DNA from: Synechocystis sp. PCC 6803 substr. PCC-P
GTDB lineage: Bacteria > Cyanobacteriota > Cyanobacteriia > Cyanobacteriales > Microcystaceae
DNA: 32,000 nt
Assembly: GCF_000284455.1 (NCBI RefSeq)
Contig: NC_017039.1
Coordinates: 1,860,001 to 1,892,000 of the forward strand
Direction: 5' to 3'
The position numbers were made by a program, and so were the translations under genes. Shown here piece by piece: positions 10,039 through 19,010 of the stretch. The notes under the pieces were generated by a model. It had not been told where the DNA came from and made no database searches. It saw only the letters and a list, made by a program, of their open reading frames with translations. The first letter of the stretch is position 1. Every line of letters begins with the position of its first letter.

Positions 10039-10863
10039 CTAGCGGGAGACTAAAGTGTTGACCAGCCGTTCCAGAATGTTAACTCGATAATAGGGTTCAC
10101 AAATCTGGGATAGCTGGTTTGCTTTTGGTTGATAATTTCTAAACAAGATAATGTTGCCGTAAACGCTTTGAGGGGGGAAAAGTTTATCCAACTCAGATGT
10201 TTGCAATTGGCTTAAATCAAAGGTTATTTCTTGGCAATCTGGAGCAAAATCCAATAAAATTCCGGAGCCGTAGCCAAGAGTTTTTAATGATTTAAGAATG
10301 TTTAATGTATTTTCAAAGAATTCTGGGGCCCAACCCTTTTGGTTTTGACCTCGGTTGACGCCGCCGCCATATTCAAACATCACTACCGCAGGCAGTAAAT
10401 AGGATTCTATATTTTCTAGCTGTTTAATTACAGCCCATTCCCAACCTTCAATATCTAGTTTTAGACAGGTGATTTTGTCAATTTTTTCTTGGTCAATTAA
10501 ACTTTGGAGAGTTAGAGTTTTTACTTTTTTAGCTTGACTAGAAGCTCCAAACCATTGGGGAGAAAGGGAACTGAAATTACTATTGAAAATGCCAGCAAAT
10601 TTGCCTATATATAGGGTTTGTTCTCCGTTCTGATCCGATAAACACACAGGAAGCAAAGTCAAATTAGGTCTTTCTGCTAATTTTTTTAAAGCCTTCACTG
10701 GTAACGGCTCGATCGCCAGACTGGTGAAATTCAACTCAGCAAAAATTTGGCAATAAAAAGCAAAGGTGCCCACCCCCACATCAATGCAAACTCCCTGCCG
10801 CTGGGGATCAACTTCCGGTAAAAGCTGGGCTAGGAGAGCTTGGCAACAGGGTTCAACGCGCAT
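10039..10863 (-). CDS. FkbM family SAM-dependent methyltransferase
   Basis: CIDVGVGTFAFYCQIF (SAM motif I), LAIEPLPVKALKKL, VKTLTLQSLIDQEKIDKITCLKLDIEGWEWAVI are typical of FkbM-type proteins. Confidence 0.8.
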   Translation of the reverse strand: MRVEPCCQALLAQLLPEVDPQRQGVCIDVGVGTFAFYCQIFAELNFTSLAIEPLPVKALKKLAERPNLTLLPVCLSDQNGEQTLYIGKFAGIFNSNFSSLSPQWFGASSQAKKVKTLTLQSLIDQEKIDKITCLKLDIEGWEWAVIKQLENIESYLLPAVVMFEYGGGVNRGQNQKGWAPEFFENTLNILKSLKTLGYGSGILLDFAPDCQEITFDLSQLQTSELDKLFPPQSVYGNIILFRNYQPKANQLSQICEPYYRVNILERLVNTLVSR

Positions 10864-10882
10864 AGAAAGGTTTCAAAAATTG

Positions 10883-11617
10883 TTAATCGGGACGCAAGAA
10901 GAGAGCATTGAGATAGCGCACATGGCCATCGGCGGCGACCACTTGATCCAGATTGCCAGCATAGCGCAGTCCGAGATTGTCCAATAGGGGAAAAATATCC
11001 CGGAATTGGCATTGCCCCTTATACAGTCCATCTAAGGAAATTTCCAAAATACAGGCCTTAGCTTGCCTTAGTATTTTTTCTCCGCCTCGAATCACCCGGT
11101 CTTCGTAACCCTGTACGTCGATTTTTACCAGTAATTCCGGCAGTAGCTTTCCTACAAATTGTTCCATTTCCCGGTCAAGGGTTGACTGGTGAACGATAAT
11201 TTTTTCCTGTTCCCGCACCATGGGATATAAGCTTTCGCAAAGTTTCGTCGTTGGTAAGAGGGATGAAGAAGCGGTAAAAAGCACATGGCTATTAATTTCC
11301 AACTCATCCACCCGATCGCCAAGGGCCAAGTTAAAAGTACGAACACGGTTTTGTTGGCGATCGCCCCATTGTTGGAGTTGTTGATAGGGTAGGGGCAAGG
11401 GTTCAAAGGCAAAAATTTGAGCTTGGGGAAAATAGCGGCGCATTTTTTTGGCAAATTGTCCCTTATTAGCGCCAATATCAATAATGGTTTGAATATTTAA
11501 TTGCCTAATTCCCAGAAGTCTGCCATCCCAACTAGGGGTGAGCAAGTTGCCAACAAAGTTAAAAAAATTGTCACTGCAACGGCGGATAAAAGCGTTATTC
11601 AACAGAGCCTGGGCCAT
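10883..11617 (-). CDS. FkbM family SAM-dependent methyltransferase (second, tandem)
   Basis: TIIDIGANKGQFAKKMRRYFPQAQIFAFEPLPLPYQQL and LLVKIDVQGYEDRVIRGGEKIL are hallmark FkbM motifs. Confidence 0.88.
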   Translation of the reverse strand: MAQALLNNAFIRRCSDNFFNFVGNLLTPSWDGRLLGIRQLNIQTIIDIGANKGQFAKKMRRYFPQAQIFAFEPLPLPYQQLQQWGDRQQNRVRTFNLALGDRVDELEINSHVLFTASSSLLPTTKLCESLYPMVREQEKIIVHQSTLDREMEQFVGKLLPELLVKIDVQGYEDRVIRGGEKILRQAKACILEISLDGLYKGQCQFRDIFPLLDNLGLRYAGNLDQVVAADGHVRYLNALFLRPD

Positions 11618-11683
11618 GGGATTATTAAATCTTGATGTTTCCCGTGGGAAAAATTGAAAATTTAGTGGACAAAAATAATATAA

Positions 11684-12676
11684 ATGGCTTGGACATTACT
11701 GCACAGTAAGCTCCATCAAAATTTGCAACGGCGCTTCCCCGAGTTGCAAGGAACTCGAATTTTAGTGGCGGTATCCGGGGGACAAGACTCCCTCTGTTTA
11801 CTGCATCTACTTAATGATTTAACCAAACAATGGCAGTGGCATTTGGCCGTAGCCCACTGTGACCACCGTTGGCCCACCGATGCAGGCATTGCCGACCACG
11901 TACAAGGCCTAGCCCAAGGTTATAAACTACCCTATTTCCAACGGGATGCCCAAGATTTACCCCAAACGGAAGCCGCCGCCCGCCATTGGCGTTACCACGC
12001 CCTCACGGCGATCGCCAAAGCAGAAAATTTTCCGGTGGTTATGACTGGCCATACCCAGAGCGACCGGGCAGAAACTTTATTGTTTAACCTCGTGCGGGGC
12101 AGTGGCAGTGACGGCTTACAAGCGATGAATTGGGTGAGGAATTTGGAAGAGTCCGGCTCAGACAAAAGCCCGATTAGGCTAATCCGTCCCCTCTTGGAAA
12201 TTAGTCGTCAAGAAACTGGAGATTTTTGCCAGCAACAACAATTGTCTGTGTGGGAAGACGTGCTCAACGAAAAGTTGACCTATCGCCGCAACCGCATTCG
12301 AGGAGAATTGATTCCCTACTTAAAGAAACATTTCAATCCCCAGGTGGAAAAAAGTTTAGCTCAAACGGTGGAATTGTTAACAGCAGAAGTGGCTTATTTA
12401 GAGCAAGTTAGTGGAGAAATTTATCAAACCCTAAGCCAAACGGATCAAAAAAGTTTAAACTGTCGTTTACTCAGTCAAAAACCCCTGGCCTTACAACGGC
12501 GTATCATTCGCCAATTTCTACAATCCTGTCAAAGCCAATCTCCCAATTTTGAGGAAATTGAACAGATAGTAGGGTTGATTAATGCCCCCAACCGCTCCCA
12601 AACTTCTTCCCTACCAGGTCAAGGAATAGTTAGGGTGGAAGGGGACTTTTTGCGATACATTTACCAGGGTAAATAG
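11684..12676 (+). CDS. tilS: tRNA(Ile)-lysidine synthase
   Basis: PP-loop motif ILVAVSGGQDSLCLLHLL, plus HCDHRWP, GHTQSDRAETLLFNLVRGSGSDGL and YRRNRIRGELIPYL. Confidence 0.95.
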   Translation: MAWTLLHSKLHQNLQRRFPELQGTRILVAVSGGQDSLCLLHLLNDLTKQWQWHLAVAHCDHRWPTDAGIADHVQGLAQGYKLPYFQRDAQDLPQTEAAARHWRYHALTAIAKAENFPVVMTGHTQSDRAETLLFNLVRGSGSDGLQAMNWVRNLEESGSDKSPIRLIRPLLEISRQETGDFCQQQQLSVWEDVLNEKLTYRRNRIRGELIPYLKKHFNPQVEKSLAQTVELLTAEVAYLEQVSGEIYQTLSQTDQKSLNCRLLSQKPLALQRRIIRQFLQSCQSQSPNFEEIEQIVGLINAPNRSQTSSLPGQGIVRVEGDFLRYIYQGK

Positions 12677-12725
12677 TAATCATTTCTCCCCAGCTAAACT
12701 ATGGATAAATTGGCTGAAATTTAGG

Positions 12726-13883
12726 CTAAAAACCCATCGCTTTAGCAACAATTTCCAAATCTGGTTTTAAACCCGCTTTCACTTGATTGCCACTATTTTG
12801 CACAGCACAATCTGGATCTTTCAAGCCGTTGCCGGTCAGCACACAAACCACGGTGGCTCCAGCGGGAACTTGATCTTTTTGCTTCAATAAACCAGCTACG
12901 GAAGCGGCACTGGCGGGCTCACAAAAAACCCCTTCTTCGGCAGCTAGGATACGATAGGCTTCCAAAATTTCGGCATCGGTGACGGGGTGAAATTCCCCAT
13001 TACTTTCCCTAGAAGCGGCCCAGGCCTTATCCCAGTTGGCAGGATTGCCAATACGAATAGCAGTGGCTAGGGTTTCGGGATGGCTAATGGGTTGCCCTTG
13101 GATAAAAGGAGCGGAACCAGCGGCTTGGAAACCCATCATCCTCGGTAGGCGATCGCCTTTGCCCAATTCTTTATACTGACAAAAACCCATCCAGTAGGCG
13201 GTGATATTGCCCGCATTGCCCACGGGGATACAGAGCCAATCGGGGGCCTGGCCGAGGACATCAACAATTTCAAACGCGGCGGTCTTTTGTCCTTCCAAAC
13301 GGTAGGGATTAACGGAATTTACCAAGGTTACGGGGTAATGTTCCGATAACTGCCGCACGGTGGTCAACGCATCGTCAAAGTTACCATCAATGGCAATCAC
13401 TTCCGCACCGTAAATTAAAGCTTGGCCTAATTTTCCCAAAGCGACATAACCATCGGGAATGATCACAAAAGCCCGCAAACCGGCCCGCCGAGCGTAGGCC
13501 GCCGCCGCCGCTGAAGTATTACCTGTGCTGGCACAAATTACCGCTTTGGCCCCTGCTTCCTTGGCTTTGGAAATGGCCATGGTCATGCCCCGGTCCTTGA
13601 AACTACCGGTGGGGTTTAGGCCGTCATATTTAACAAAAACCCTTACGTCCTTGCCAATGCGTTTGGCGATCGCCGGAGCGGGAATCAGGGGAGTATTGCC
13701 TTCTAAAAGGGTGACCACTGGAGTCTGGTCGGATACCGGTAAATAGGGCCGATAGGTTTCAATCAATCCACGCCAACGACAGGCCGAACTCTGGGGACAG
13801 ACGGGGGTAGCACTGGGCAACACTGTCGAATTTGGGGCGGATGGGGTCATGGTGAAAGAATGACAAGAAATCATGGGGGGCAA
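12726..13883 (-). CDS. thrC: Threonine synthase (true start probably 13850)
   Basis: PLP-lysine region [77 protein letters not shown]. Confidence 0.93.
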   Translation of the reverse strand: MPPMISCHSFTMTPSAPNSTVLPSATPVCPQSSACRWRGLIETYRPYLPVSDQTPVVTLLEGNTPLIPAPAIAKRIGKDVRVFVKYDGLNPTGSFKDRGMTMAISKAKEAGAKAVICASTGNTSAAAAAYARRAGLRAFVIIPDGYVALGKLGQALIYGAEVIAIDGNFDDALTTVRQLSEHYPVTLVNSVNPYRLEGQKTAAFEIVDVLGQAPDWLCIPVGNAGNITAYWMGFCQYKELGKGDRLPRMMGFQAAGSAPFIQGQPISHPETLATAIRIGNPANWDKAWAASRESNGEFHPVTDAEILEAYRILAAEEGVFCEPASAASVAGLLKQKDQVPAGATVVCVLTGNGLKDPDCAVQNSGNQVKAGLKPDLEIVAKAMGF

Positions 13884-13994
13884 TGGCCCGAGGTTCCATT
13901 CTACAAAAGAGCGGGCACCGAAATGTGAATCGTTTCAGAATTGGATTATTGCCCAAACGATTAATAAGCATAGGTTAAACATATAGTTCAGGGC

Positions 13995-14023
13995 TTGGTC
14001 TGTCCTGGTTGGAGTCCTATAAT
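13995..14023 (+). promoter_or_regulatory. Candidate sigma70-type promoter for ndhCKJ
   Basis: TTGGTC (13995-14000), 17-nt spacer, TATAAT (14018-14023), about 130 nt upstream of the ndhC start and on the same strand. Confidence 0.4.
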
Positions 14024-14156
14024 CAGAAAAATTGGCAGAATGCCCCCAGGCGATCGCCCACAAGTCCGGTAAGCTTGACCCAGGTGTAATCCCTTGGGGT
14101 GCAACACCGCTGGACCCCCCCTGACCACCATTAGCCGTGAGGAGACCATTGGCCCT

Positions 14157-14519
14157 GTGTTTGTTTTAACCGGTTACGAATATTTTCTTGGCTTTCTCTT
14201 TATATGCTCCCTGGTGCCAGTGTTGGCCCTGACCGCATCCAAACTCCTCCGTCCTAGGGATGGTGGCCCAGAACGGCAAACTACCTATGAATCCGGTATG
14301 GAGCCCATTGGCGGAGCTTGGATTCAGTTCAACATCCGCTACTACATGTTTGCTCTGGTGTTTGTGGTCTTTGATGTGGAGACGGTGTTTCTTTATCCCT
14401 GGGCCGTTGCCTTTAATCAATTGGGCCTGTTAGCCTTTGTAGAAGCATTGATCTTCATTGCCATTTTGGTGGTTGCCCTGGTCTACGCTTGGCGCAAAGG
14501 GGCTCTGGAGTGGTCCTAG
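14157..14519 (+). CDS. ndhC: NAD(P)H-quinone oxidoreductase subunit 3 (GTG start)
   Basis: [33 protein letters not shown]...[41 protein letters not shown] is the classic NdhC sequence. GTG at 14157 gives the conventional 120-aa product. Confidence 0.96.
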   Translation: MFVLTGYEYFLGFLFICSLVPVLALTASKLLRPRDGGPERQTTYESGMEPIGGAWIQFNIRYYMFALVFVVFDVETVFLYPWAVAFNQLGLLAFVEALIFIAILVVALVYAWRKGALEWS

Positions 14520-14590
14520 AAGTTTAGTAATGGCCACCAATCCATTGTCCTTGCCTTGCCTGCCCCCCCTATTGTCTTCTCCTATTTCCC

Positions 14591-15337
14591 ATGAGTCCCA
14601 ACCCTGCTAACCCCACTGACCTGGAACGGGTCGCCACAGCCAAAATTCTCAACCCCGCCAGCCGTAGCCAGGTCACCCAAGACCTTTCGGAAAATGTCAT
14701 TTTAACCACGGTGGATGACCTCTACAATTGGGCCAAACTTTCTAGTCTCTGGCCGTTGTTGTATGGCACTGCTTGTTGCTTCATCGAATTTGCCGCCCTG
14801 ATCGGTTCGCGCTTCGATTTTGACCGATTTGGTTTGGTGCCCCGCTCTAGCCCCCGGCAAGCGGATTTGATTATCACCGCCGGAACCATCACCATGAAAA
14901 TGGCCCCGGCCTTGGTGCGCCTCTACGAAGAAATGCCGGAGCCAAAGTATGTCATTGCCATGGGAGCCTGCACCATCACCGGTGGTATGTTTAGCAGTGA
15001 TTCCACCACAGCGGTAAGGGGGGTAGATAAATTGATTCCGGTGGATGTGTATATTCCCGGTTGCCCTCCCCGCCCCGAAGCCATTTTTGATGCCATTATT
15101 AAACTGCGCAAAAAGGTGGCCAATGAATCTATCCAAGAACGGGCCATTACTCAGCAAACCCATCGCTACTACAGCACTTCCCACCAAATGAAAGTGGTGG
15201 CGCCGATTTTGGACGGCAAGTATTTACAACAGGGTACCCGTTCCGCTCCCCCCCGGGAGTTGCAGGAGGCCATGGGAATGCCTGTACCTCCCGCTTTGAC
15301 CACCTCTCAACAAAAGGAGCAATTAAACCGTGGCTGA
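14591..15337 (+). CDS. ndhK: NAD(P)H-quinone oxidoreductase subunit K
   Basis: [50 protein letters not shown] and [17 protein letters not shown] (4Fe-4S cluster N2 cysteines). Confidence 0.97.
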   Translation: MSPNPANPTDLERVATAKILNPASRSQVTQDLSENVILTTVDDLYNWAKLSSLWPLLYGTACCFIEFAALIGSRFDFDRFGLVPRSSPRQADLIITAGTITMKMAPALVRLYEEMPEPKYVIAMGACTITGGMFSSDSTTAVRGVDKLIPVDVYIPGCPPRPEAIFDAIIKLRKKVANESIQERAITQQTHRYYSTSHQMKVVAPILDGKYLQQGTRSAPPRELQEAMGMPVPPALTTSQQKEQLNRG

Positions 15338-15869
15338 GGAAGTGAACTCCCCCAATGAAGCTGTTAATCTCCAAGAGGAGACGGCGATCGCCCCTGTGGG
15401 CCCTGTATCCACCTGGCTGACCACCAATGGCTTTGAGCACCAGAGCTTAACGGCGGATCACCTGGGGGTGGAAATGGTGCAAGTGGAAGCGGATTTGCTT
15501 CTGCCCCTCTGTACGGCTTTATATGCCTATGGGTTCAACTATTTACAATGCCAGGGAGCCTACGATGAAGGGCCTGGTAAATCCTTAGTGAGTTTTTACC
15601 ATCTGGTGAAGTTGACCGAGGATACCCGTAACCCGGAAGAGGTCAGACTAAAAGTATTTTTGCCCAGGGAAAATCCGGTGGTGCCCTCTGTGTACTGGAT
15701 TTGGAAAGCGGCAGACTGGCAAGAGCGGGAATGCTACGACATGTTCGGCATTGTCTATGAAGGTCACCCCAATTTGAAACGGATTTTGATGCCGGAGGAT
15801 TGGGTAGGCTGGCCCCTGCGTAAGGATTATATTTCCCCCGATTTTTACGAACTCCAGGATGCCTATTAG
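15330..15869 (+). CDS. ndhJ: NAD(P)H-quinone oxidoreductase subunit J
   Basis: [58 protein letters not shown]. Overlaps the ndhK end by 8 nt. Confidence 0.96.
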   Translation: MAEEVNSPNEAVNLQEETAIAPVGPVSTWLTTNGFEHQSLTADHLGVEMVQVEADLLLPLCTALYAYGFNYLQCQGAYDEGPGKSLVSFYHLVKLTEDTRNPEEVRLKVFLPRENPVVPSVYWIWKAADWQERECYDMFGIVYEGHPNLKRILMPEDWVGWPLRKDYISPDFYELQDAY

Positions 15870-16141
15870 TCCCGGTCGCCCACGGCAAAATTAAACATCA
15901 AAATTAGTTTTAGCTCCCCCTTCCCCCACTGTTGCCAATGGACTGAAAACTTTGGGGGAATATTTTTGTGTTGACTGATTTTCAATCGGTTAAAACAACA
16001 GAAAAAAAGGCTTTGATGGTGGCAAGAACGCTAAGGGAGGTAAGCCTTATGTCGTAGTTGCTTTTCAGGAGCTTGTCTTGGGATTATTGGCAATGGAGGC
16101 CAATACTTCAGAGCGACTTGTGGAAATTAGCTACTAATTTA

Positions 16142-16168
16142 TAGCTAATTTAATTAATTATGAGGCGT
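16142..16168 (+). repeat. Left terminal inverted repeat of the IS
   Basis: 20 of 27 positions match the reverse complement of 17083-17109. Confidence 0.75.
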
Positions 16169-16235
16169 CTTACCTGGGTTTTGTGGTAATATATTGGAAG
16201 AATAACACAAGAATCCATAAACAACTAAATCAGTC

Positions 16236-16595
16236 ATGGCTTACGATCTTGATTTACGTATTAAGGTAATAGATTTCATCGAGAGTGGTGGTGGAATCAC
16301 AAAGGCTTCGAAAATATTTAAGGTGGGCAGAGCAACAATTTATCGCTGGTTGGGCAGAGAAGAGCTTGGGGCAACGAAAGTTGAGACCCGCCAGCGTAAG
16401 ATAAACAGAAAAGAATTGGAAGAGGATGTGAAAAATAATCCTGATATGCTTTTAAAAGAAAGAGCTAAAAAATTTGGTGTAACTCCTGCTTCACTCTGTT
16501 ATCAATTCAAAAAAATGAAAGTTACTAAGAAGAAAAACAGTTACTTTATCAAGAGAGAGATGCCCAAAAGCGAGCAGAATATCAGAAAATCTTGA
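16236..16595 (+). CDS. IS630-family transposase, N-terminal (DNA-binding) ORF A
   Basis: MAYDLDLRIKVIDFIESGGGITKASKIFKVGRATIYRWLGREE, a helix-turn-helix typical of IS630/Tc1 elements. Ends TGA at 16593-16595. Confidence 0.85.
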   Translation: MAYDLDLRIKVIDFIESGGGITKASKIFKVGRATIYRWLGREELGATKVETRQRKINRKELEEDVKNNPDMLLKERAKKFGVTPASLCYQFKKMKVTKKKNSYFIKREMPKSEQNIRKS

Positions 16596-17083
16596 GCCAA
16601 TTAGTTTTAATGTACGATACTAAAAGTCCAGTATTTATAGACGAAGCTGGTTTTGAGGAATTTGTATCCTCACTTTATGGATGGTCTAAAAAGGGAGAAA
16701 GAGTATATGGAGAAAATCAGGGAAAAAGAGGGAAAAAAGAAAATCTTGCAGCAGGAAGAAGAAAAACGAAAAAAGACTTAATAGTGCCGATGTTATTCAC
16801 AGGAAGCTTAAATGCAACGGGTTTTGAAGGATGGCTGGAATTCTTTTTAATACCAGCATTAACAGCTACATCAATCTTGATTATGGATAACGCCCCCATT
16901 CATCGAAAAAATAAGATTAGGGAAATAGTGAAATCCGCAGGACACACGGTGTTATTTTTGCCAACTTATTCCCCAGATTTGAATGATATAGAGCATGACT
17001 TTAGTGCATTAAAGAGAGCGAGAATGTACGCACCTTCCGGTACTAGCATAGATAAAGTTATTCAAGATTACTGCATATCTTAA
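16592..17083 (+). CDS. IS630-family transposase, C-terminal DDE catalytic ORF B (-1 frame relative to ORF A)
   Basis: FIDEAGFEE (D), LIMDNAPIHRKNKI (D), LPTYSPDLNDIEHDFSALKR (E) form the DDE catalytic triad arrangement. Confidence 0.85.
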   Translation: MSQLVLMYDTKSPVFIDEAGFEEFVSSLYGWSKKGERVYGENQGKRGKKENLAAGRRKTKKDLIVPMLFTGSLNATGFEGWLEFFLIPALTATSILIMDNAPIHRKNKIREIVKSAGHTVLFLPTYSPDLNDIEHDFSALKRARMYAPSGTSIDKVIQDYCIS

Positions 17084-17109
17084 TGTCTCATAATTATCTT
17101 GATCAGCTA
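17083..17109 (-). repeat. Right terminal inverted repeat of the IS
   Basis: Pairs with 16142-16168. Its inner edge touches the transposase stop codon. Confidence 0.75.
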
Positions 17110-17126
17110 TACATCTCCTACCCTTG

Positions 17127-18710
17127 TTATTTTTCCAAAGATAAATTTTTTATTGGTAACAGGTGGGATTTGCCATTGGCTGAAGGCTGAGTCTCATCAA
17201 AAACCACAAATAGCTCCCCGTTGCGCTTGGCTTCATACATGGCCGTGTCGGCATAATCGATTAAACGATCATAGTCAAACTGTTCGTAGTTGCTGATCAC
17301 AATACCAATACTGGTACTGATAAGCAGTTGAATTCCCTCCATAGTTAACGGACGGGAAAATAATCGGTGAATGCGGTCTGCACATTTTTTCGCATCATCA
17401 CCTGACTTGGTTGATTTCAAAACAATTATAAATTCATCTCCACTCAGTCGAGCAACCTGGTCACCGTCTCGCACACACTCCAATAGGATTTCTGCTACCC
17501 GTTGTAGCACTTTATCTCCAAACAAATGTCCGAATCGATCGTTAATGCTCTTAAATTTATTCAAGTCCAGCATCAGCAGAGCAAATGCCTGGTCGTCAGA
17601 ATTATTTCTGCCATGGACATTCTGGTGTAGGTTTTCTAAAAAAAGAGCCAGGGAACGACGGTTAGGTAAACAAGTCAGGCTGTCATGGTGAGAATCATAA
17701 TAAAGTTGGTCGTTAATGGTTGCGAGGGACGTTATGTCATTTAATAGCCAATAAAAACCATTGATTTCACCATTGTCATTTCTTTTTTGGGTGGCTTGAA
17801 TATCCACACTGATGGAAATACTGCTCAAGGATTGGAGTTGCATTGACCAACAATAGGGCACCTGCCATTCACTTTGATCTTTAACTATATTTTCCAGATG
17901 GTTTTCGAGTAACGAAATTTGTTGTTGCGGTGCATAGTAAATAAAAGGTTTCCCCATTAGGGATTCTCTATCGGTTTTAAGCAAACGACAGGCATTTTGG
18001 TTCGCATCTTGAATTTTTCCATGGCAATCAATAATTAAGTAATTTCCAGGTAACAATTCTAATAAATTGTGGTACGAATTTTCGAGAACTGACTTTTGTC
18101 GATAAATTTTTTTATAAATTTTCCATAATCTTCGCTGATCCTGTTTCAGATCCGCTGGTGAGTCAACCACGGTTAAGTTTCGGGGGCAGTCCTGTTTAAT
18201 ATCAGCGAAAATACCGATGGCCTTTTCTGCCCTCAAATCTTCGAGATAACCAGGATAAGCTTTGTTAGCTTCTTTTTCATCGGTAAAAGGGCCAAAGTAA
18301 TAGGTTACACAGGGAATAATAGTGTGCACCCTCACCCACCAATCCCTATCCTGGTAGAGGGAACTTGCCTGGGTATCCTGGTCAATAATTTCCCCTGAAT
18401 CTTCTTGATGCACACGACTCATTAAGCTATCAATCATGTCTGGCATTGCCCGAAGAATTCTTTCTTCAATAACTAATTTTTCTTCAATTAGGCCGGTGTA
18501 GCCATGGACAGAAGTAAATTCTAAATCTTCGTCTGTCCTAACTTTATGACGGTTAGGAATTGTGCTTAAAATCTTCGCCTTGAGTTGTTGGCGGAAGCAG
18601 GACAACGACAGGGCCATGACATAGGGATGGTCAGGGGGAAAGTCCGTCAGAAATCGATCAATCTCCTCTTCCACTACCGCTAGAGTTTCGTTGACAAGAT
18701 AGGAGGACAT
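17127..18710 (-). CDS. Multidomain signalling protein: N-terminal helical region, DUF1816-like segment, PAS, GGDEF (putative diguanylate cyclase)
   Basis: WWVRVHTIIPCVTYYFGPFTDEKEANKAYPGYLEDLRAE (DUF1816-like); LLPGNYLIIDCHGKIQDANQNACRLLKTDRESLMGKPF (PAS); DHDSLTCLPNRRSL...RDGDQVARLSGDEFIIVLKS (GGDEF variant SGDEF with RxxD I-site). ATG at 18710 preferred over the 18779 start. Confidence 0.85.
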   Translation of the reverse strand: MSSYLVNETLAVVEEEIDRFLTDFPPDHPYVMALSLSCFRQQLKAKILSTIPNRHKVRTDEDLEFTSVHGYTGLIEEKLVIEERILRAMPDMIDSLMSRVHQEDSGEIIDQDTQASSLYQDRDWWVRVHTIIPCVTYYFGPFTDEKEANKAYPGYLEDLRAEKAIGIFADIKQDCPRNLTVVDSPADLKQDQRRLWKIYKKIYRQKSVLENSYHNLLELLPGNYLIIDCHGKIQDANQNACRLLKTDRESLMGKPFIYYAPQQQISLLENHLENIVKDQSEWQVPYCWSMQLQSLSSISISVDIQATQKRNDNGEINGFYWLLNDITSLATINDQLYYDSHHDSLTCLPNRRSLALFLENLHQNVHGRNNSDDQAFALLMLDLNKFKSINDRFGHLFGDKVLQRVAEILLECVRDGDQVARLSGDEFIIVLKSTKSGDDAKKCADRIHRLFSRPLTMEGIQLLISTSIGIVISNYEQFDYDRLIDYADTAMYEAKRNGELFVVFDETQPSANGKSHLLPIKNLSLEK

Positions 18711-19010
18711 TGCATTGCACCTGTTGAACTGGCAATAGTTGTATAGTCGAATGACGGGAAGTTCTGGGAAAATCGACAATTATAGTCAGATCTACTTCTC
18801 CGAGATGCTTGAAGATTTGGCGTCGGCGCAAGGCTTCTAGGCAGTTGTTGAAAATATTGAATCCAGAATTAATCCAGAATTCTTCACCCGGTAATAGTGT
18901 GCCTATGGGCTAGAAACCTCTGCTTTTTATTTATTATTCCCCACATCCAATTTAGAAAAAATATTGCTTTTTGTCTGTACGATCATGCTCTTATCTTTAG
19001 CTTATTTAGC

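Larger units (their letters stand above)
16142..17109 (+). mobile_element. IS630/Tc1-mariner family insertion sequence (ISY100-like), about 968 bp between the ends I can see
   Basis: Imperfect terminal inverted repeats: left TAGCTAATTTAATTAATTATGAGGCGT (16142-16168) against the reverse complement of the right end TAGCTGATCAAGATAATTATGAGACAT (17083-17109). Flanked by TA on both sides (16140-41, 17110-11). Carries an IS630-type transposase. Confidence 0.85.

Noticed and set aside
14166-15440. Antisense ORFs over ndhC/ndhK/ndhJ (e.g. the 161-aa ORF 14702..15187 -)
   Set aside because: Mirror-frame ORFs of highly conserved NDH-1 genes.
15974-15990. Short hairpin ACTGATT-TTC-AATCGGT downstream of ndhJ as an intrinsic terminator
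   Set aside because: Only a 7-bp stem with a wobble and no following T-tract on the plus strand. Insufficient to call a terminator.
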